From IMG/VR virus record IMGVR_UViG_3300043427_000994: a stretch of 64,000 nucleotides of DNA, one strand, 5' to 3'. Numbering within the stretch: position 1 is the stretch's first letter; the number at the start of each line of letters is the position of its first letter. This DNA is from a virus (lineage: Duplodnaviria > Caudoviricetes). Shown here piece after piece: positions 45,525 to 58,071 of this stretch. Under the pieces are notes generated by a model that was not told the origin of the DNA, did not search any database, and worked only from the letters and a program-made list of their open reading frames with translations. Both the position numbers and the translations under genes were made by a program.

Positions 45525-46100
45525 TTATATGGGTGGAAGTTGTCCAGCGTCAATACTCACTGGGCTAGGGTTTGTAAAAGTCCCCATATCTGTGCCTATT
45601 TCAAATAACAAGTAAGAAATAGGGTCAGTAAACGTTGGACGCATTGCCCCATAATCAAATGTATTTACCTGTCTATTCAAAACACTGACATTCACTGGTT
45701 GGCTACCAAGTAATTCGTTAGGTCCTGTAACAGTACCTATAAGATTGCCCTCGACATTTCCAATTAATGTTCCAATATTGACTATATCTTGCTCATTAAA
45801 ATCCACTGAACTTTCTGGGTAAAAATCTAAAGAAATAGATTGATCAGGATTAACTACTAACCTAATTGGATCTACATCTTGAATACTTCTAAATCTAAAA
45901 ACATCGTTAACTTTATTAATAAACAGGCCCTGCCCTGCTCCAATGTTCTGTCCTGATGTTGGCGCTAGGCCGTTGTTAAAAAGGAATTCAACGCTGTCTT
46001 TGACTTTACGGAACGCTTCTCGAAGGTCATCCCCAGTACCGTCATTGACTACGTTGCCTAAATTAATTTCTTCTATATTTGAACCATCATAAATTGGCAT
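45525..46100 (-). CDS. baseplate protein with T4 gp9/gp10-like N-terminus
   Basis: INLGN..NDGTGDDLREAFRKV. Confidence 0.7.
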   Translation of the reverse strand: MPIYDGSNIEEINLGNVVNDGTGDDLREAFRKVKDSVEFLFNNGLAPTSGQNIGAGQGLFINKVNDVFRFRSIQDVDPIRLVVNPDQSISLDFYPESSVDFNEQDIVNIGTLIGNVEGNLIGTVTGPNELLGSQPVNVSVLNRQVNTFDYGAMRPTFTDPISYLLFEIGTDMGTFTNPSPVSIDAGQLPPI

Positions 46101-46112
46101 AATATTTTTCCT

Positions 46113-49100
46113 TTAGAATCTTCCTACAACAACTTCAATAACGCCTTCATTGAAATCATCTTTATCTTGTACTGCTTTTCCAACGATTGTACCTGACTCA
46201 GGTGAGTTATTAACTGTAGCATATCCTTGTTTAGCACTGGTCACTAGTATATCACCTTTGCTGACTTTTCCTACAACCTTACAAGGTACGCGACCTGTTA
46301 AGCCTAGCGCAACTACATTTTCACCTGTTAAGTTAGCGTTCATCAAATGCGCTGGATTAGTAGATACTACACCTGCTACTCTAGTATCACCTTTAGTGCT
46401 AGTTACAGTAACTTCGTTAGCGCCACCAAATACTAACACAGTTCCTGGTTCGTACTGCGCATCTGCTTGATAGTTTTCTGCTAAGTCAGCATAACGAGCA
46501 CTGGTAGCAGTACCGTTATAGATACCACTGTTGTCAATCCATGATACATCTGAACCGCCTCTGCGGAAACGTACAACTTCGGTAGAATCATTACCAACGT
46601 TAACGTACCAACGATTGCTGTGATATTCAAGTTTACCAGTGCCAGCGGCCGCATCGCCGGTCCAAGTAGTAGTGTTCTGTCTAATACTAGAACTAGCGTT
46701 CATAGTTAACTGACTAGTAAAAGTCAAAGAACCTATTGATGATCCACTTAAGAATGTTGCTACCTGTTGACCCGATGCTGTACGATAGAAGTTATCACCC
46801 TTCTTAGTCATTACACCAGTAACTGCGGCAGCAGTAGATGTATCATCAGAAGAATTAAAATATGTAGCATTGCTGTATCTAGCGTTGGTATCACCGTTGC
46901 TGTCACGCAATACAATTCTATCACCAGTTGCGGATGTTGTGGCAGCAATAGTTGCCGAGTTGGCCTGACTAGTAATTGTAGCCGCATTTCCTGAAATACT
47001 ACCTTGAATAGTATTTGTAACAGTTAAGTCTAAAGTACTAATTCGACCACTTACGCCAACACCGCCAGTAACTACTAGCGTACCACTTGTAGTATTTGTT
47101 GAAGCGGCATTCTGTGTAAACGTTACAGCGTTATTAGCAGTTAATGTTGTAAATGCTCCACTACCTCTAGTAGTACCACCGATGTTTATGTTGTTAATAG
47201 TACCAGTTGACGCAGGTGCTATAGTTACAGAACCTGTGCCAGTTGGACTTAATGTAACATTAGCATTAGCAGGACTAAATGTAGCGGCCGCTGCCGATGT
47301 AATAGCATTGACACTTAGAGTACCTGTGGTAGTTATTGTTGAAGTTGAATCAGTATTACCTGATGCTTGTAAGAATTTAACACCACCAGGAGTAAACATA
47401 TCTAAGGTAGTACCAGTTGTGTCTAAAGTTTTATAACCGTCAACCTCTAACTGTGCCACGTCAACAACACCTGATCCGTCTGATTTGATTAAACTGCTGG
47501 CTTGACCTGTTGTAGAAATGTTTATAGTGCTGTATGTATTAGGAGTTATCGCAGTCATTATTAATGCGCGACCTTCACCGCCTACAGAGCCTGGCGCAAA
47601 ACTAGCATTTTTAATACCATCACCGTCAGTGACTACCTGTCCAGGAGTAATTTCGTATGGAGTTCTTGATGATCCGCTTCTATTACCTAAAACTGATCCA
47701 GTGCCTATCTGTTGAATGTTATCTAACCTAACACCGTCAGCAATGGCTGTTATACTAGTAGTACTCACAGTTTGGCTGGTACTTACAGTATAAGTTCCTG
47801 CTCCGCCTGATCCAGTACCAAACGCAATAATTCTAGTACCGCCAATGACACTGGTACCTGATATTATCTGTCCAATAGCAATAGTACCAATGCTTGGAGC
47901 ACTGGCAGTTAATGTAGTACCGCTGATACTACCTGAAAATACTGTGCTAGATGTTGTTTGTAATCTTACAAAACCATCTATGGCTGTAAACTGTGTCCAA
48001 TCAAATGCTGATAAACCTTTATTTGCCTGTGTTATGCCACTGGCACTTGAGCGTACTGTGGCATCGCTCATAGCCAATTTACTTTGTTCTATACCAGCAC
48101 TGGCATTTACATCAATGTTAAGTATGGCTCCAGGTTTAATATTCAACGCTAAGTTCTTACCACTTAGGCTTGTTTGTATGTCGCCTGTGGTAATTGTTTC
48201 AGCGTTGACCCATTTAGTTCCATTATAGACTAATAAGTTATTAAGAGTTCTTGCTGGACTAGTTGAAGTGTCTACACGTAGATTAGATAACTCTTGAACA
48301 TCAACATAAGATCTAGTAGCCGCATCGCTGTCTGTTGTAGGATCTTGTAAGTTAGCAATTCTGAAACCGCCCATGTTTAATGGATCTGGACCAGTAAACG
48401 CTAGAATACCTGATCGATCCATGTACCCTGGACCAATTAATTGACTAGAGTCAAGTACCACATTGGTTCTATCCATGCCAAGACGTCTGTCAATATAACC
48501 CTGAACAGCCGCCTCAGTTGGTAGCGCATCGTTGGCACCGTCAGTAAATCTGTCATCGTTTGAGAATTCACTGACTGTAACACCGCGCTTAAATCCTAAG
48601 CCGTCTAAGTTTGATAACGCAATACTTGCCGCAAATGTTACACGACCAGTACCTTGGTCAACTGTAAAGAATCGACCTACACGGAAAATACCGTCTTGGT
48701 CTGTGGTTACATAGAAACAGCGTCCTCTTGTACGTTCTTGAACTTCACGTGCTTGGTTAGGCTCTTTAGGAGCACCATAGATCTTAGCAGGATAGTTTGT
48801 ACTGTTGTATCCACCAGTACCGATATCTAAGAAGTCATGACCAGTAACACGACATGTTGAAATTCTAACAATAATTTCTACAGGTTCTGTAGATGCTAAA
48901 CCAGCACGTAATGTTGGAGGCTCAGCAATGTCTAAGTTAGTTAAAGGATCAACTGGAGTGTTAATACCACTTGGCGTAGTTCCTGATAGACTTTTTTCAG
49001 TTACATCTGCTAATCTAATAATAGCATAACCGGCTAACAATCCTAAGTCTTGATAACTTAAGATTCTATGTACCTTTCCGTCCCAGGCCATGATCATTTC

Positions 49101-52100
49101 GCCTGAGTTTAGTCTGTCCTCTACTGATACCTCATTAACTCGAGCAACTGCCAGTGAAGTATCACCGATGCTGTATCCTAATGTTTTTGCCGGGTCAGTT
49201 GGATCAACATTACTAGTATACTCTCCTTCGACTAATAATTTAATATAATCGTAGGTTGTATCAAATCCTAGAACAGATTCGTCAAGCGCCAAATCTTCAT
49301 TTAATGGACCTTTATTACCGTAGGCCAATACTCGATAAACAATAGCATCAGTAGCGTTTGGATCTCCCACAAATGTTAATGCTGTACTTGGGCGAACTGG
49401 ATTAGTATCATCAATTTCGTAGTATTTGAAGTTTTGATTACCACGTATAACAATTGGTTGATCATCGATTAAGTCTACTGCTAAACCGTTGGCAGCAGTG
49501 TCGTTGTTTCCGCCTGTGTTAATATTAAGTCTTAGAATGTTTCCTCTACCCCAAATAGTTGGTGTACCACCGGTTACCCAGTTACCAGGATTTGTTGGGT
49601 ATTCTAATGTCACGGAAGTAGTAGTTGATGCTGTGGCTCTATAAGTTCCGTTAAAAGCTCCCACAGTTGAACCAATCACTGTATAGACATCTAATCTTGG
49701 AGTATATGGTACTGCGGTAAATGAATATGTTACATAATATTTTCCGCCTGTTGGTCCTGTTTTTACAGGAGTACCTGTGATACTACTAGGTAAAGTGCTG
49801 GATACATCAGTAACAGATGCTACTTCATAACGAGCAATACCGTTTCCAATAACAGTATCAACAGCAATACTAAATCCACCTCCGGTGCCACCAATGTTAG
49901 AAGCACTAACACTGATAGAATCTGTATCTTTGTATCTAAATCCTCCGCTAACTAGGGCAACTGTAGTAACAGCGCCGCCGGAAACAACAATGTTAACTAA
50001 TGCGCCAGTGCCTGTTCCGCCTGTAACAGGAACGTTAATATAGGTACCATTGGTATATCCACTGCCGCCAATTAATGTTGATTGATCTAATTCAGTAATA
50101 ACTCCCGAACCGTGATTAATTTCAACTTCGGACACGTTGTAAGGAGCATAATCATGTTGATAAAAATAAACTGCTAGATCGTCTTTGTTGTTGTCTGTAG
50201 AATATAAATCTTTTTTGTAAACACGAGCCACTTGGATCATATTATCAGATAAGAAAGCCTTGTCTGGAACTTCCAACGGATCTGAACCTTCCGAAATAAT
50301 ACCAAACTCGCCGTGTGCGTTAGAACCGTTCAATGAACGAATCTGTCCACCGTTGTTGGCATAGTAAGCAGTCCAGCAGTAGTAACTGAAAACAGAAACA
50401 GTTTCAATTAAACCGATGTTTGTAGCAATCAATCCATAACCAAGGTCATTGATCTGCGTAAAGTCATTTGAACACATACTGGTGTTACCGGCACTTAATA
50501 ACATAATTGAACTGATATATTCAATCTTAGTAGTTCCGCCACCGAATGATCCTGGATCGCTTGGGTAACGGAATGTCATAGTATTAACAGTTGATGCCAC
50601 GCACTCTACTGAATCACTGTTATAGTCAGTGTTTAGATTACCATAAATCCTATATCGAGTCTTAGTTAGAGGATTCGGAGTATGCGGAGTAATACTTAAT
50701 ACGACATCCCATGAACCGTCACCAACTCCTGAGTCTGCTTTACTGACAAAACCTGTGACACTAAATTCTAAAGGATTAGTAATAGGTGTTGTGTCAGATA
50801 ATGTTAGTCTATAGACTGGATAAACAATAGGTTTGGCTCCAGCCAATACGCTGTCGTAATCAACATTAGGATCTTGTATAACTTCTACAATAAGATCCAT
50901 TAAGTTACCTAATTGAACAATTTGACTAGTTCCATCTAAATCAGCATCAAATGTTTGTGTAATTGGATTAGTTACACTGTTTGCTTCTTGGAAATTAATT
51001 AATGGTGCTTCTTGTCTAAGAACCTGCTGAGCAACATATTTGGCATAGTTAATAGCATCAACGGTTTCCTGTAACTGTTCGTTAATAACAACTCTTGAAC
51101 TTACCGAGCCAACAAAATATCTCTGAGCCGCACGTATGGTCAAGTATGTTCCACCGTAGAGCAAATCAGATGATACGTTTGATACAATAAATCCAACGTC
51201 ACGACGACAAATTTCTTCGTTATAGACAAAATCGTTTCCGTAGTTGTCGTTAATAAATGTTGTAACCTGTGTACCTAACGAAGTTTTATCTGTTTCTAAA
51301 GTGTTTCTTAATGTTACCAAAGTAGAGCTTACCCAAGTAGTACTTGGCTCAATGGTACTAGGAATAGATCCAAGACCATCATCAATGATATCTATAATTT
51401 CTTGTATTCTTGTTCCAGCAAATGCTGACGCACTAACAGAGCCCGCGGCACCTCTAATTTGTGGTACAATAACTTGTAATGGACTTATAGTTGAATCAAT
51501 GGCAATCTGTTCAACTAGTGATTTTAAATATCCATAGGTTGCTAATGTAGCGGCCTTTTCGCTAAGAGCAACTTGTAATGTTGCGCCTACATAATAAGCA
51601 ACACCGGCAATTAATGTCTGTAAATTACCTTCATATGTTAAATCATATTGCAAGGCATCCAAAATATAATCAATATCTCGACGACATAGTTCTGGATCAT
51701 ATGAAAGACCAGGATAGTTATTTGTGATATACTGTATTAATTCTGCTTTGATAAATGATCTATTTTGTTCAATTAAATTACGAGCATTTTGATATCCTAA
51801 AGAATAACCAGTTGGACTAGGAATAACATAAGTTGGAACTTCGTCTTCACCATAGGTAATAATATCTATGATAGTATTCATGTTATTAGTCACAGACGAT
51901 AATGCTGTAGTATTGCTACTTACTAATGCTGTAACTAGTGTCTTGAGATAATTAAAGGCATCAATAGTAGCGGCCTTTTGACGTCCAACTGCGACGCTGG
52001 CATTACCTCGATAATATGATCTTCCAGCAACTATAGAAGCAAAGTTACTGCCAAACATTAGATCGTAGCCTAGAGCTTCAACGGTATAACGAATATCTCG

Positions 52101-55100
52101 TTGACACTTGGCTTCGTCATATTCAAAACTTACATATTTGTTATTAAGATAAGCAATAGTTTCAGCCTGTATAAATTCTCTGTTGGCTGTTAATAATGCT
52201 CTAGCATCTCTGGCTACAGTTGGAGGATTACCCAACACATCAAACATTTCATCAAACAACTCGTCAATTCTTGGCTGTGCCGCAAGACCGTCGGTATATT
52301 GTGTATCAATAAATTGTAATACAGCCTGTTGATATCTCACTGATGGAGACTCATTTTTGACCACCGATTTAATTACAGTTTTGATATAATCAATGGCCGC
52401 TAGTGTATTTTCAAGTTGAGAATCAATGACAATCTTAGAACTAGCACTGGCATTAAAATAAGATATTGCCGCCTGTACAGTTTTTAAATTTCCGCCATAA
52501 TAGATATCATGGGCGATCGCTTCTGCGATATACCCTGTGTCTCTAGCGCAGGTATTTTGATTGTAACTGTATCGTTGATCTAAATATAGAATAGTGTTTG
52601 CTTTAAGACTTTCTTTTCTTGACAATAATAAATTTCTACTGTCTAATATACTGCTGTCAACACCGCTGAATCCTGGATATTGGAATGCCGGTGCGGCAGT
52701 TCTACCACCTAAAATGATTGTATTAATAGAACTCATTAAGGTAGCAATTCTTGAAGCCTCGGTAGGACTTCCCGGATTGTCCAAATCAAATACCTGTGTT
52801 ACTACGCCAGCGCCTTCTCCTTGCTTAGGAAATTCGATTTCAGTATTAGTAACCACTGCCTGGGCAACCTGACTAGCATAACCTAACGCGGCAGTAGTTT
52901 GTAAAGTTTGTCCAGGAATTAAAAGGTTTCCATTGCCGTCATAGTATTGTAATCCTGCTTCAACGGTAGCACTGTTACCACCATAAAGGATATCATAGAT
53001 TACAGAATAGACAATATATTCTGTGTCTCGGCGACATTTATCTTCGTCATAGATAAAATCTGGATATAGATCTGAGATAAACGCAATGGTTTCTTCTTTG
53101 ATAAATTCTAAGTTATCTAACAATAGGTCTTTTGAATTTACTTTAGTAGTTGCTGTACCAGCCGGAATACCCCAAGTGATCTCATCGCTTGATTCTATGC
53201 CATTATCGATAATATCTAAAATTTCATCAAAACTATTTTCTGCTCTAGTTCTGGCAACGCTGTTGGCTACTAAAATTTCACTGATTAAACTCTTAGTATA
53301 GAGTAAAGCATCGATGGTCTGTGTTTTCTGATCTGGCAGTGTATCATATTGTGTGCCGCGATAATATGCTTGCCCGGCACGTATAGCATTAAAATTTGTA
53401 CCTAATGTTAAGTCGTAACTTAAAGCATCAACTATTAATCCAACGTCTCTAGCGCAGGTAGTTCTATTAAATTCAAATTGAGGACTTAGCTCGGTGTTAA
53501 TATAACCAATAACCTCTGCTTTGATAAATTCAATGTTTCTACGAATTAACTGTCTTGAGCCCCCGTAGCCATTGCCATCATCGGTATATGCGTCAATTTT
53601 AAAAGTTCTACCGTCGACTACAAACGAACAAGGCACTGTTGGAGCACGTTCGGAACCAGTTACTAATAAAACAGTGTCTGTAACTTTCTGATTTACTCTC
53701 ATTGGAATGTTACCAGCAAAGCCGTCAACAAACTGTCCGCCAGCAAATCTTTGTTTGTTTAGTGATCCAGAAAATGAACCAGACTGCTGAATGTAAGCAG
53801 ACTTGGTTAAAATTTGACCTTCGGGATCAAGAACCATCATAAATCCGCCGTGACCTTGACAGGTTATTTGACGAATAATAATAGCATCATTACATAAGAA
53901 TACGTCGATGTCTCTGTTGTTTTTTGGTTCGCTTAGTGGATCGCTAGGATCTGTTAGATAATGATATCCGTACTCTGTGCTGGCTAACGTTAAACCATCA
54001 AATGTTTTATCTCTACGGAACCATACGTCAACCCACGGACTGCGACTTGGACGATCTGCTGGTCGAATAATACATCTACGTAATTCGTCACCAACAATGG
54101 CAACGTTGGCTGGTATTCGGATTGGATAATCTTCTTCGTAGATACCTGATTCTACAATAATACTGATCTGTATTTTTTTAACTGCTTGATCAAATTCTAA
54201 GTTTTCGCCTTCAACAAACTCACCTTCGACGTCATATAAATCAAAATAGTCTTCACCAATAACTGAGGTACCATCTGCTCCGTAGTACTGATAAACAAAT
54301 CCTCGAGCACCACTGATACGTCCAACTACAATTTTTCCTGAGACAATATCTGGTTTTGGTAGTTGGCCTTGGTCAACTCGATTTCCACCAAAGTTAGTAA
54401 AAAATACTCTAGTAGTGCCACTGACACCGGACTCAATTCTAGTTACTTCTGAAAATGCCGCACCATCGTTATAAGCAATTAACTGTCTATAAGGACCAGT
54501 TTCCCATGGCGCCGCATTGACTAATTCTTCTGCTTTTTGACAGGCCTTGTTGATACTGCGATACGAGTAAGAACGATCGCGTCCTTCTTTTCCTAACGGT
54601 GTTCTTGATTGATTGTCATCTCCCTGTGTAGTAACAAACAAATTAACTTGACTCGAATACGAAGCATTATCAACATAGTATTTTGTTGCGGCTTGTAAAT
54701 CGTCTGGACCGTTTGGTGTTCCTTGACCTGCTAGTTGTCCAGGATGGTCAGCAAGATTTAATATACCCTGCATATTTCCGCCAGTTTTTAATACAACTTC
54801 ACTGGCACGTGGTACTTGAGTTCCTGTGGCGTTTGCTGGAACATTTAAATGTCCGGACATTGTGTCGCCGTTGACGTTTACATATTTGTTATCAGCATAG
54901 CCTTTGTTAATAGCAAAACTGTCAATGCTATAATTAGAACTATGTCTTGAATTAAAATCGTTTACGGCTGTAATAAATTCTGTGTTGTTAGTTGGAGAAC
55001 GTAGTCCACCAATTAATTGATTCTGGGCACTTAAAGAATATTGTAATTTTGGTAACGGATCGTCTACTAAACGAGATGCTAATGTATCAATTCTAATAGA

Positions 55101-55376
55101 ATTAGCGTCTTGTGTAATAGCAATAGTGCCGCTGGGGCTAGTAAATGCTTTAAACACTAAACTAGTTCCCAGTGAGTTAACCACCGGAACTTTGTTACCT
55201 TGTCCTGTTAACGTATCTGGAGTATCACTAAGGTCGGTAAATTTTAAGAAACCACCTTGACCAAAAACAGCGTAGAGTTCTTGGAAGTTTTCGTTCGTTT
55301 TTCTAAACGCTTCGCGAATACTATCGCCTGTACCATCATTACCGGTTACGCCGATGTCAACTATTTTACGTGCCAT
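46113..55376 (-). CDS. giant (~3087 aa) virion structural/fibre protein
   Basis: gp9/gp10-like [13 protein letters not shown]-terminus; six internal helical repeats; C-terminal [26 protein letters not shown] domain; start at MARKIV. Confidence 0.8.
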   Translation of the reverse strand: MARKIVDIGVTGNDGTGDSIREAFRKTNENFQELYAVFGQGGFLKFTDLSDTPDTLTGQGNKVPVVNSLGTSLVFKAFTSPSGTIAITQDANSIRIDTLASRLVDDPLPKLQYSLSAQNQLIGGLRSPTNNTEFITAVNDFNSRHSSNYSIDSFAINKGYADNKYVNVNGDTMSGHLNVPANATGTQVPRASEVVLKTGGNMQGILNLADHPGQLAGQGTPNGPDDLQAATKYYVDNASYSSQVNLFVTTQGDDNQSRTPLGKEGRDRSYSYRSINKACQKAEELVNAAPWETGPYRQLIAYNDGAAFSEVTRIESGVSGTTRVFFTNFGGNRVDQGQLPKPDIVSGKIVVGRISGARGFVYQYYGADGTSVIGEDYFDLYDVEGEFVEGENLEFDQAVKKIQISIIVESGIYEEDYPIRIPANVAIVGDELRRCIIRPADRPSRSPWVDVWFRRDKTFDGLTLASTEYGYHYLTDPSDPLSEPKNNRDIDVFLCNDAIIIRQITCQGHGGFMMVLDPEGQILTKSAYIQQSGSFSGSLNKQRFAGGQFVDGFAGNIPMRVNQKVTDTVLLVTGSERAPTVPCSFVVDGRTFKIDAYTDDGNGYGGSRQLIRRNIEFIKAEVIGYINTELSPQFEFNRTTCARDVGLIVDALSYDLTLGTNFNAIRAGQAYYRGTQYDTLPDQKTQTIDALLYTKSLISEILVANSVARTRAENSFDEILDIIDNGIESSDEITWGIPAGTATTKVNSKDLLLDNLEFIKEETIAFISDLYPDFIYDEDKCRRDTEYIVYSVIYDILYGGNSATVEAGLQYYDGNGNLLIPGQTLQTTAALGYASQVAQAVVTNTEIEFPKQGEGAGVVTQVFDLDNPGSPTEASRIATLMSSINTIILGGRTAAPAFQYPGFSGVDSSILDSRNLLLSRKESLKANTILYLDQRYSYNQNTCARDTGYIAEAIAHDIYYGGNLKTVQAAISYFNASASSKIVIDSQLENTLAAIDYIKTVIKSVVKNESPSVRYQQAVLQFIDTQYTDGLAAQPRIDELFDEMFDVLGNPPTVARDARALLTANREFIQAETIAYLNNKYVSFEYDEAKCQRDIRYTVEALGYDLMFGSNFASIVAGRSYYRGNASVAVGRQKAATIDAFNYLKTLVTALVSSNTTALSSVTNNMNTIIDIITYGEDEVPTYVIPSPTGYSLGYQNARNLIEQNRSFIKAELIQYITNNYPGLSYDPELCRRDIDYILDALQYDLTYEGNLQTLIAGVAYYVGATLQVALSEKAATLATYGYLKSLVEQIAIDSTISPLQVIVPQIRGAAGSVSASAFAGTRIQEIIDIIDDGLGSIPSTIEPSTTWVSSTLVTLRNTLETDKTSLGTQVTTFINDNYGNDFVYNEEICRRDVGFIVSNVSSDLLYGGTYLTIRAAQRYFVGSVSSRVVINEQLQETVDAINYAKYVAQQVLRQEAPLINFQEANSVTNPITQTFDADLDGTSQIVQLGNLMDLIVEVIQDPNVDYDSVLAGAKPIVYPVYRLTLSDTTPITNPLEFSVTGFVSKADSGVGDGSWDVVLSITPHTPNPLTKTRYRIYGNLNTDYNSDSVECVASTVNTMTFRYPSDPGSFGGGTTKIEYISSIMLLSAGNTSMCSNDFTQINDLGYGLIATNIGLIETVSVFSYYCWTAYYANNGGQIRSLNGSNAHGEFGIISEGSDPLEVPDKAFLSDNMIQVARVYKKDLYSTDNNKDDLAVYFYQHDYAPYNVSEVEINHGSGVITELDQSTLIGGSGYTNGTYINVPVTGGTGTGALVNIVVSGGAVTTVALVSGGFRYKDTDSISVSASNIGGTGGGFSIAVDTVIGNGIARYEVASVTDVSSTLPSSITGTPVKTGPTGGKYYVTYSFTAVPYTPRLDVYTVIGSTVGAFNGTYRATASTTTSVTLEYPTNPGNWVTGGTPTIWGRGNILRLNINTGGNNDTAANGLAVDLIDDQPIVIRGNQNFKYYEIDDTNPVRPSTALTFVGDPNATDAIVYRVLAYGNKGPLNEDLALDESVLGFDTTYDYIKLLVEGEYTSNVDPTDPAKTLGYSIGDTSLAVARVNEVSVEDRLNSGEMIMAWDGKVHRILSYQDLGLLAGYAIIRLADVTEKSLSGTTPSGINTPVDPLTNLDIAEPPTLRAGLASTEPVEIIVRISTCRVTGHDFLDIGTGGYNSTNYPAKIYGAPKEPNQAREVQERTRGRCFYVTTDQDGIFRVGRFFTVDQGTGRVTFAASIALSNLDGLGFKRGVTVSEFSNDDRFTDGANDALPTEAAVQGYIDRRLGMDRTNVVLDSSQLIGPGYMDRSGILAFTGPDPLNMGGFRIANLQDPTTDSDAATRSYVDVQELSNLRVDTSTSPARTLNNLLVYNGTKWVNAETITTGDIQTSLSGKNLALNIKPGAILNIDVNASAGIEQSKLAMSDATVRSSASGITQANKGLSAFDWTQFTAIDGFVRLQTTSSTVFSGSISGTTLTASAPSIGTIAIGQIISGTSVIGGTRIIAFGTGSGGAGTYTVSTSQTVSTTSITAIADGVRLDNIQQIGTGSVLGNRSGSSRTPYEITPGQVVTDGDGIKNASFAPGSVGGEGRALIMTAITPNTYSTINISTTGQASSLIKSDGSGVVDVAQLEVDGYKTLDTTGTTLDMFTPGGVKFLQASGNTDSTSTITTTGTLSVNAITSAAAATFSPANANVTLSPTGTGSVTIAPASTGTINNINIGGTTRGSGAFTTLTANNAVTFTQNAASTNTTSGTLVVTGGVGVSGRISTLDLTVTNTIQGSISGNAATITSQANSATIAATTSATGDRIVLRDSNGDTNARYSNATYFNSSDDTSTAAAVTGVMTKKGDNFYRTASGQQVATFLSGSSIGSLTFTSQLTMNASSSIRQNTTTWTGDAAAGTGKLEYHSNRWYVNVGNDSTEVVRFRRGGSDVSWIDNSGIYNGTATSARYADLAENYQADAQYEPGTVLVFGGANEVTVTSTKGDTRVAGVVSTNPAHLMNANLTGENVVALGLTGRVPCKVVGKVSKGDILVTSAKQGYATVNNSPESGTIVGKAVQDKDDFNEGVIEVVVGRF
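51114..53556 (-). repeat. six ~130-150-aa protein repeats
   Basis: consensus FI..E...Y......Y....C.RD..YI..A..YD..YG.N.....AG..YY seen six times. Confidence 0.85.
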
Positions 55377-55446
55377 TGAATGCTCCAAAAAAGACTTTCT
55401 AGCATTATTTAGCCGAAAAAAAACATAAGCCTAATGTAAATACAAG

Positions 55447-55734
55447 ATGTTTATTGAAACTAAAATTATATCTACGGAACATAGTCGACCTAGTAAACTT
55501 GGTCGAATGTATAAATTTTTAAGAAAAAAAACAGTGGCGGTATTTCGATGTGATAATTGTAATGAATTATTTTCTAGAGATTTAAAATGTGTATCTAGAA
55601 AGAGATTAAGCAATAATTATTTTCACTGTTGTACTAATTGTGATAGTAAAAGATTTGCTCAAAAGAAAGGCGCAGAACGTAAAATCATATGGGATAAGAC
55701 TGTTTCTAGCCTGGATGATATAAGCAAGTTATAA
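55447..55734 (+). CDS. small Zn-ribbon protein
   Basis: CDNC and CCTNC motifs; GTAAATAC late-like core upstream. Confidence 0.65.
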   Translation: MFIETKIISTEHSRPSKLGRMYKFLRKKTVAVFRCDNCNELFSRDLKCVSRKRLSNNYFHCCTNCDSKRFAQKKGAERKIIWDKTVSSLDDISKL

Positions 55735-55737
55735 ATA
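55730..55737 (+). promoter_or_regulatory. T4 late promoter consensus TATAAATA
   Basis: exact match upstream of the GGAGG RBS at ~55748. Confidence 0.65.
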
Positions 55738-55759
55738 TTTGCTCATGGAGGACACTATA

Positions 55760-55996
55760 ATGTTGTCATTATTAAGAAAACTTTTTGGCGGTAAAGCAGA
55801 AGAAACTAAGGCAGCAGAAGCGCCTTATAAGATTGAAACACCTGCTCCAACACCTGTAGCAGAACAAGCGACTCAGGCAGTAGTTGAGTCGATTGCCCCA
55901 AAGGCAGAACCAGTCAAGAAAAAGCCAGCACCTAAAAAGGCACCGGCTAAAGCAACTGCTAAAAAAGCCCCTGCTAAAAAAGCCCCTAAGAAGTAA
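55760..55996 (+). CDS. small protein with histone-H1-like AKK/APAKK tail
   Basis: MLSLLRKLFG start after GGAGG RBS; KKAPAK repeats. Confidence 0.7.
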   Translation: MLSLLRKLFGGKAEETKAAEAPYKIETPAPTPVAEQATQAVVESIAPKAEPVKKKPAPKKAPAKATAKKAPAKKAPKK

Positions 55997-57020
55997 TAGT
56001 CTTAGCCTGTTCATATAGTGCAAAACTAGCAAGGTTCTTTCCTTTGCTTTCGCACATAATATCGGACTGATCCCAAAAACTCAGTGCCCATTCATTCACT
56101 GCTGTGTTCCAGTAGAAATTTGAGTGTGCTCTGAGTTTTGCTTTTTTGTGCCCGCTCTCTATCAGCGTATTAAGGGAGGGAACGGTGTCTGTGGGATGGT
56201 TAGTAAGATGCTCTTCCCGTGAAACACTATAATGTATAACAGGCCTAACACCACGCCAACTATCAATAATCCTTTTAACACGGTCGTCATTTGCTTCAAT
56301 ATATTCTCCTGAGTGTATCCAATGATGGTGTATGTCTAGCACCAAAGCGAGATCCTTGGCAAGTTCGAGGCTTGCGTCAATTCCCCAACTGATTTCGTCG
56401 TTTTCGATGGTGATGCAGTTTCTTGCTTCGGGGGTAAGTCTCTTGAGGGCACTTTTAATACCGGCTGGACCGGCTCTACCGGCAATGTGGACATTGATCT
56501 TAAAGTCCTGATATCTTTCACCGTACCCCATCCATCTCGCCATATCCGCATGATATTCAAACTCCTCTATACTACGCTGAACAATATCAGGGCTGTCAGA
56601 TGCCAGCACAGTAAATTGACCAGGATGAAAACTGAGACGAACGTTGCGGGCACGAGCAAGATCTCCCACTTGTTTAAAATGTTTTTGGGCGTATGCCTGT
56701 ACATCAGTCTTGCCCCAAAAATAGCGCCAAGTAGACTCAGTATAAACAGGAAGGATATCACTGCTAAGGCGGACCATACGTAAGTGCTCATCTTGTTCTC
56801 CCACTTTGGTTACAAGTTTATTTACAGATTCAATATTTTGGACCATTAGGTCCCACAGTTTTTGTTCTGCTACATCTCGTGTTTGACGATTAAGCCACGC
56901 TACAGTAGTAGAACCAGTATTGTATTGTTTACAATCATCTTTGGGTTTGATACCGTTCACTTGATCAGGTCGGTCAATCCATTTACAGGCAAAGCCAATT
57001 CGTTTAGTCATAGCAGTCAA
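55986..57020 (-). CDS. uvsE: UV-damage endonuclease (UVDE)
   Basis: RIGFAC, RLSS, RLSFHPGQF, INVH, TIEN, LDIHHH, IHYS, AHS, MCESKGK. Confidence 0.95.
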   Translation of the reverse strand: MTAMTKRIGFACKWIDRPDQVNGIKPKDDCKQYNTGSTTVAWLNRQTRDVAEQKLWDLMVQNIESVNKLVTKVGEQDEHLRMVRLSSDILPVYTESTWRYFWGKTDVQAYAQKHFKQVGDLARARNVRLSFHPGQFTVLASDSPDIVQRSIEEFEYHADMARWMGYGERYQDFKINVHIAGRAGPAGIKSALKRLTPEARNCITIENDEISWGIDASLELAKDLALVLDIHHHWIHSGEYIEANDDRVKRIIDSWRGVRPVIHYSVSREEHLTNHPTDTVPSLNTLIESGHKKAKLRAHSNFYWNTAVNEWALSFWDQSDIMCESKGKNLASFALYEQAKTITS

Positions 57021-57039
57021 ATAAAAAGGACATAATGCT

Positions 57040-57068
57040 ATTATAGCATCTATGCCCTAGATTGTCTA
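57040..57068 (-). promoter_or_regulatory. sigma70-type promoter for uvsE
   Basis: TAGACA-17 nt-TATAAT; -10 box centred in the ATGCTA-TAA-TAGCAT hairpin. Confidence 0.75.
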
Positions 57069-57073
57069 CTATT

Positions 57074-57598
57074 TTATCCTTCGTAGACTGCCGAATTTCC
57101 TAAATGTTCAAACACTTCTGCAGATTTGAGCCTTACACCTGAACCTACAGGATAACGTGCTTCAAATGTCTGTCCATTAGGACAGTAGTAAGTATTTCCT
57201 GTTTTGAAAATGTGTAAAATAGTAGCCATTTCTTTGTATACTAATTCTGCAAATTTTTCACAGCCTACACCTTGTACTACTCTAAGATCACAGACACCGC
57301 CTTTGTCTTGTAATCCTAGTTCTGCCATTTTCTCAAACATAGCTCTATGGGGATCGTCTTCTGCTACAACTAGAGTATGATCAAACATGTACTCTGCCCA
57401 TTCTTTGAATGCTTTGAGTCCGCCAAAGTCCATGACCCAATTACGATCATCTAGGGTTTCGGATTCAAAAATTAGTTTGATGCCAATGGAGTAACCATGT
57501 AGCAGTGAGCAATGGCTATGTGTTGAACGCCATTGTCTAAAACAGCATGACAGCCCTCTGTCGTTACCGTAGGTTTTTGTTGATAGATATTTTGCCAT
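57074..57598 (-). CDS. queD: 6-carboxytetrahydropterin synthase-like (QueD), atypical Zn site
   Basis: CxxxHGY, MDFGGLK, DHT, CEKFAE, VFEH T-fold motifs. Confidence 0.8.
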   Translation of the reverse strand: MAKYLSTKTYGNDRGLSCCFRQWRSTHSHCSLLHGYSIGIKLIFESETLDDRNWVMDFGGLKAFKEWAEYMFDHTLVVAEDDPHRAMFEKMAELGLQDKGGVCDLRVVQGVGCEKFAELVYKEMATILHIFKTGNTYYCPNGQTFEARYPVGSGVRLKSAEVFEHLGNSAVYEG

Positions 57599-57684
57599 CT
57601 CTAGTCTCCTTTGTTAAGTAGCAAGTTTGATGACATGCAGAGTATTTAGAGTGGGATGAACGCCATAAAGTCCACTATTGATAT

Positions 57685-57713
57685 AGTATAATTAAAAACA
57701 TTGACAATGTCAA
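57685..57713 (-). promoter_or_regulatory. sigma70-type promoter for queD
   Basis: TTGACA-17 nt-TATACT; -35 box in the palindrome TTGACA-A-TGTCAA. Confidence 0.8.
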
Positions 57714-57735
57714 GTATTTTGAACTACAAAGATAT

Positions 57736-58071
57736 TTATTTTTCTGTTTTTGAGCGAACGTCTTTCTTGAGCTTACGGAACTCAATCAACACATCCATCA
57801 ATTTTTTTTGACTTTCTTTTATATATTTTACTGTGAGAGCAATTTTATGTATGGCCCAATACCACCAAATAATACAGATAAGAGCAAATGCTACGGCAGT
57901 TATTTCTAAAATTAATTCCACAGCAGAATTCCATTTGAAGAAATAACAAATTGATACTATTGCTAGAACAAGTAAGGGTAGAATTCTTGCGGCCCATTCC
58001 CAAGCAGTTACTTCACGGACCGTTTTATTTTCAAATTGTTCTAATTTTTCAAAGTTTTCTTGTTCATTCAT
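57736..58071 (-). CDS. 2-TM membrane protein
   Basis: two hydrophobic helices then coiled coil. Confidence 0.7.
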   Translation of the reverse strand: MNEQENFEKLEQFENKTVREVTAWEWAARILPLLVLAIVSICYFFKWNSAVELILEITAVAFALICIIWWYWAIHKIALTVKYIKESQKKLMDVLIEFRKLKKDVRSKTEK

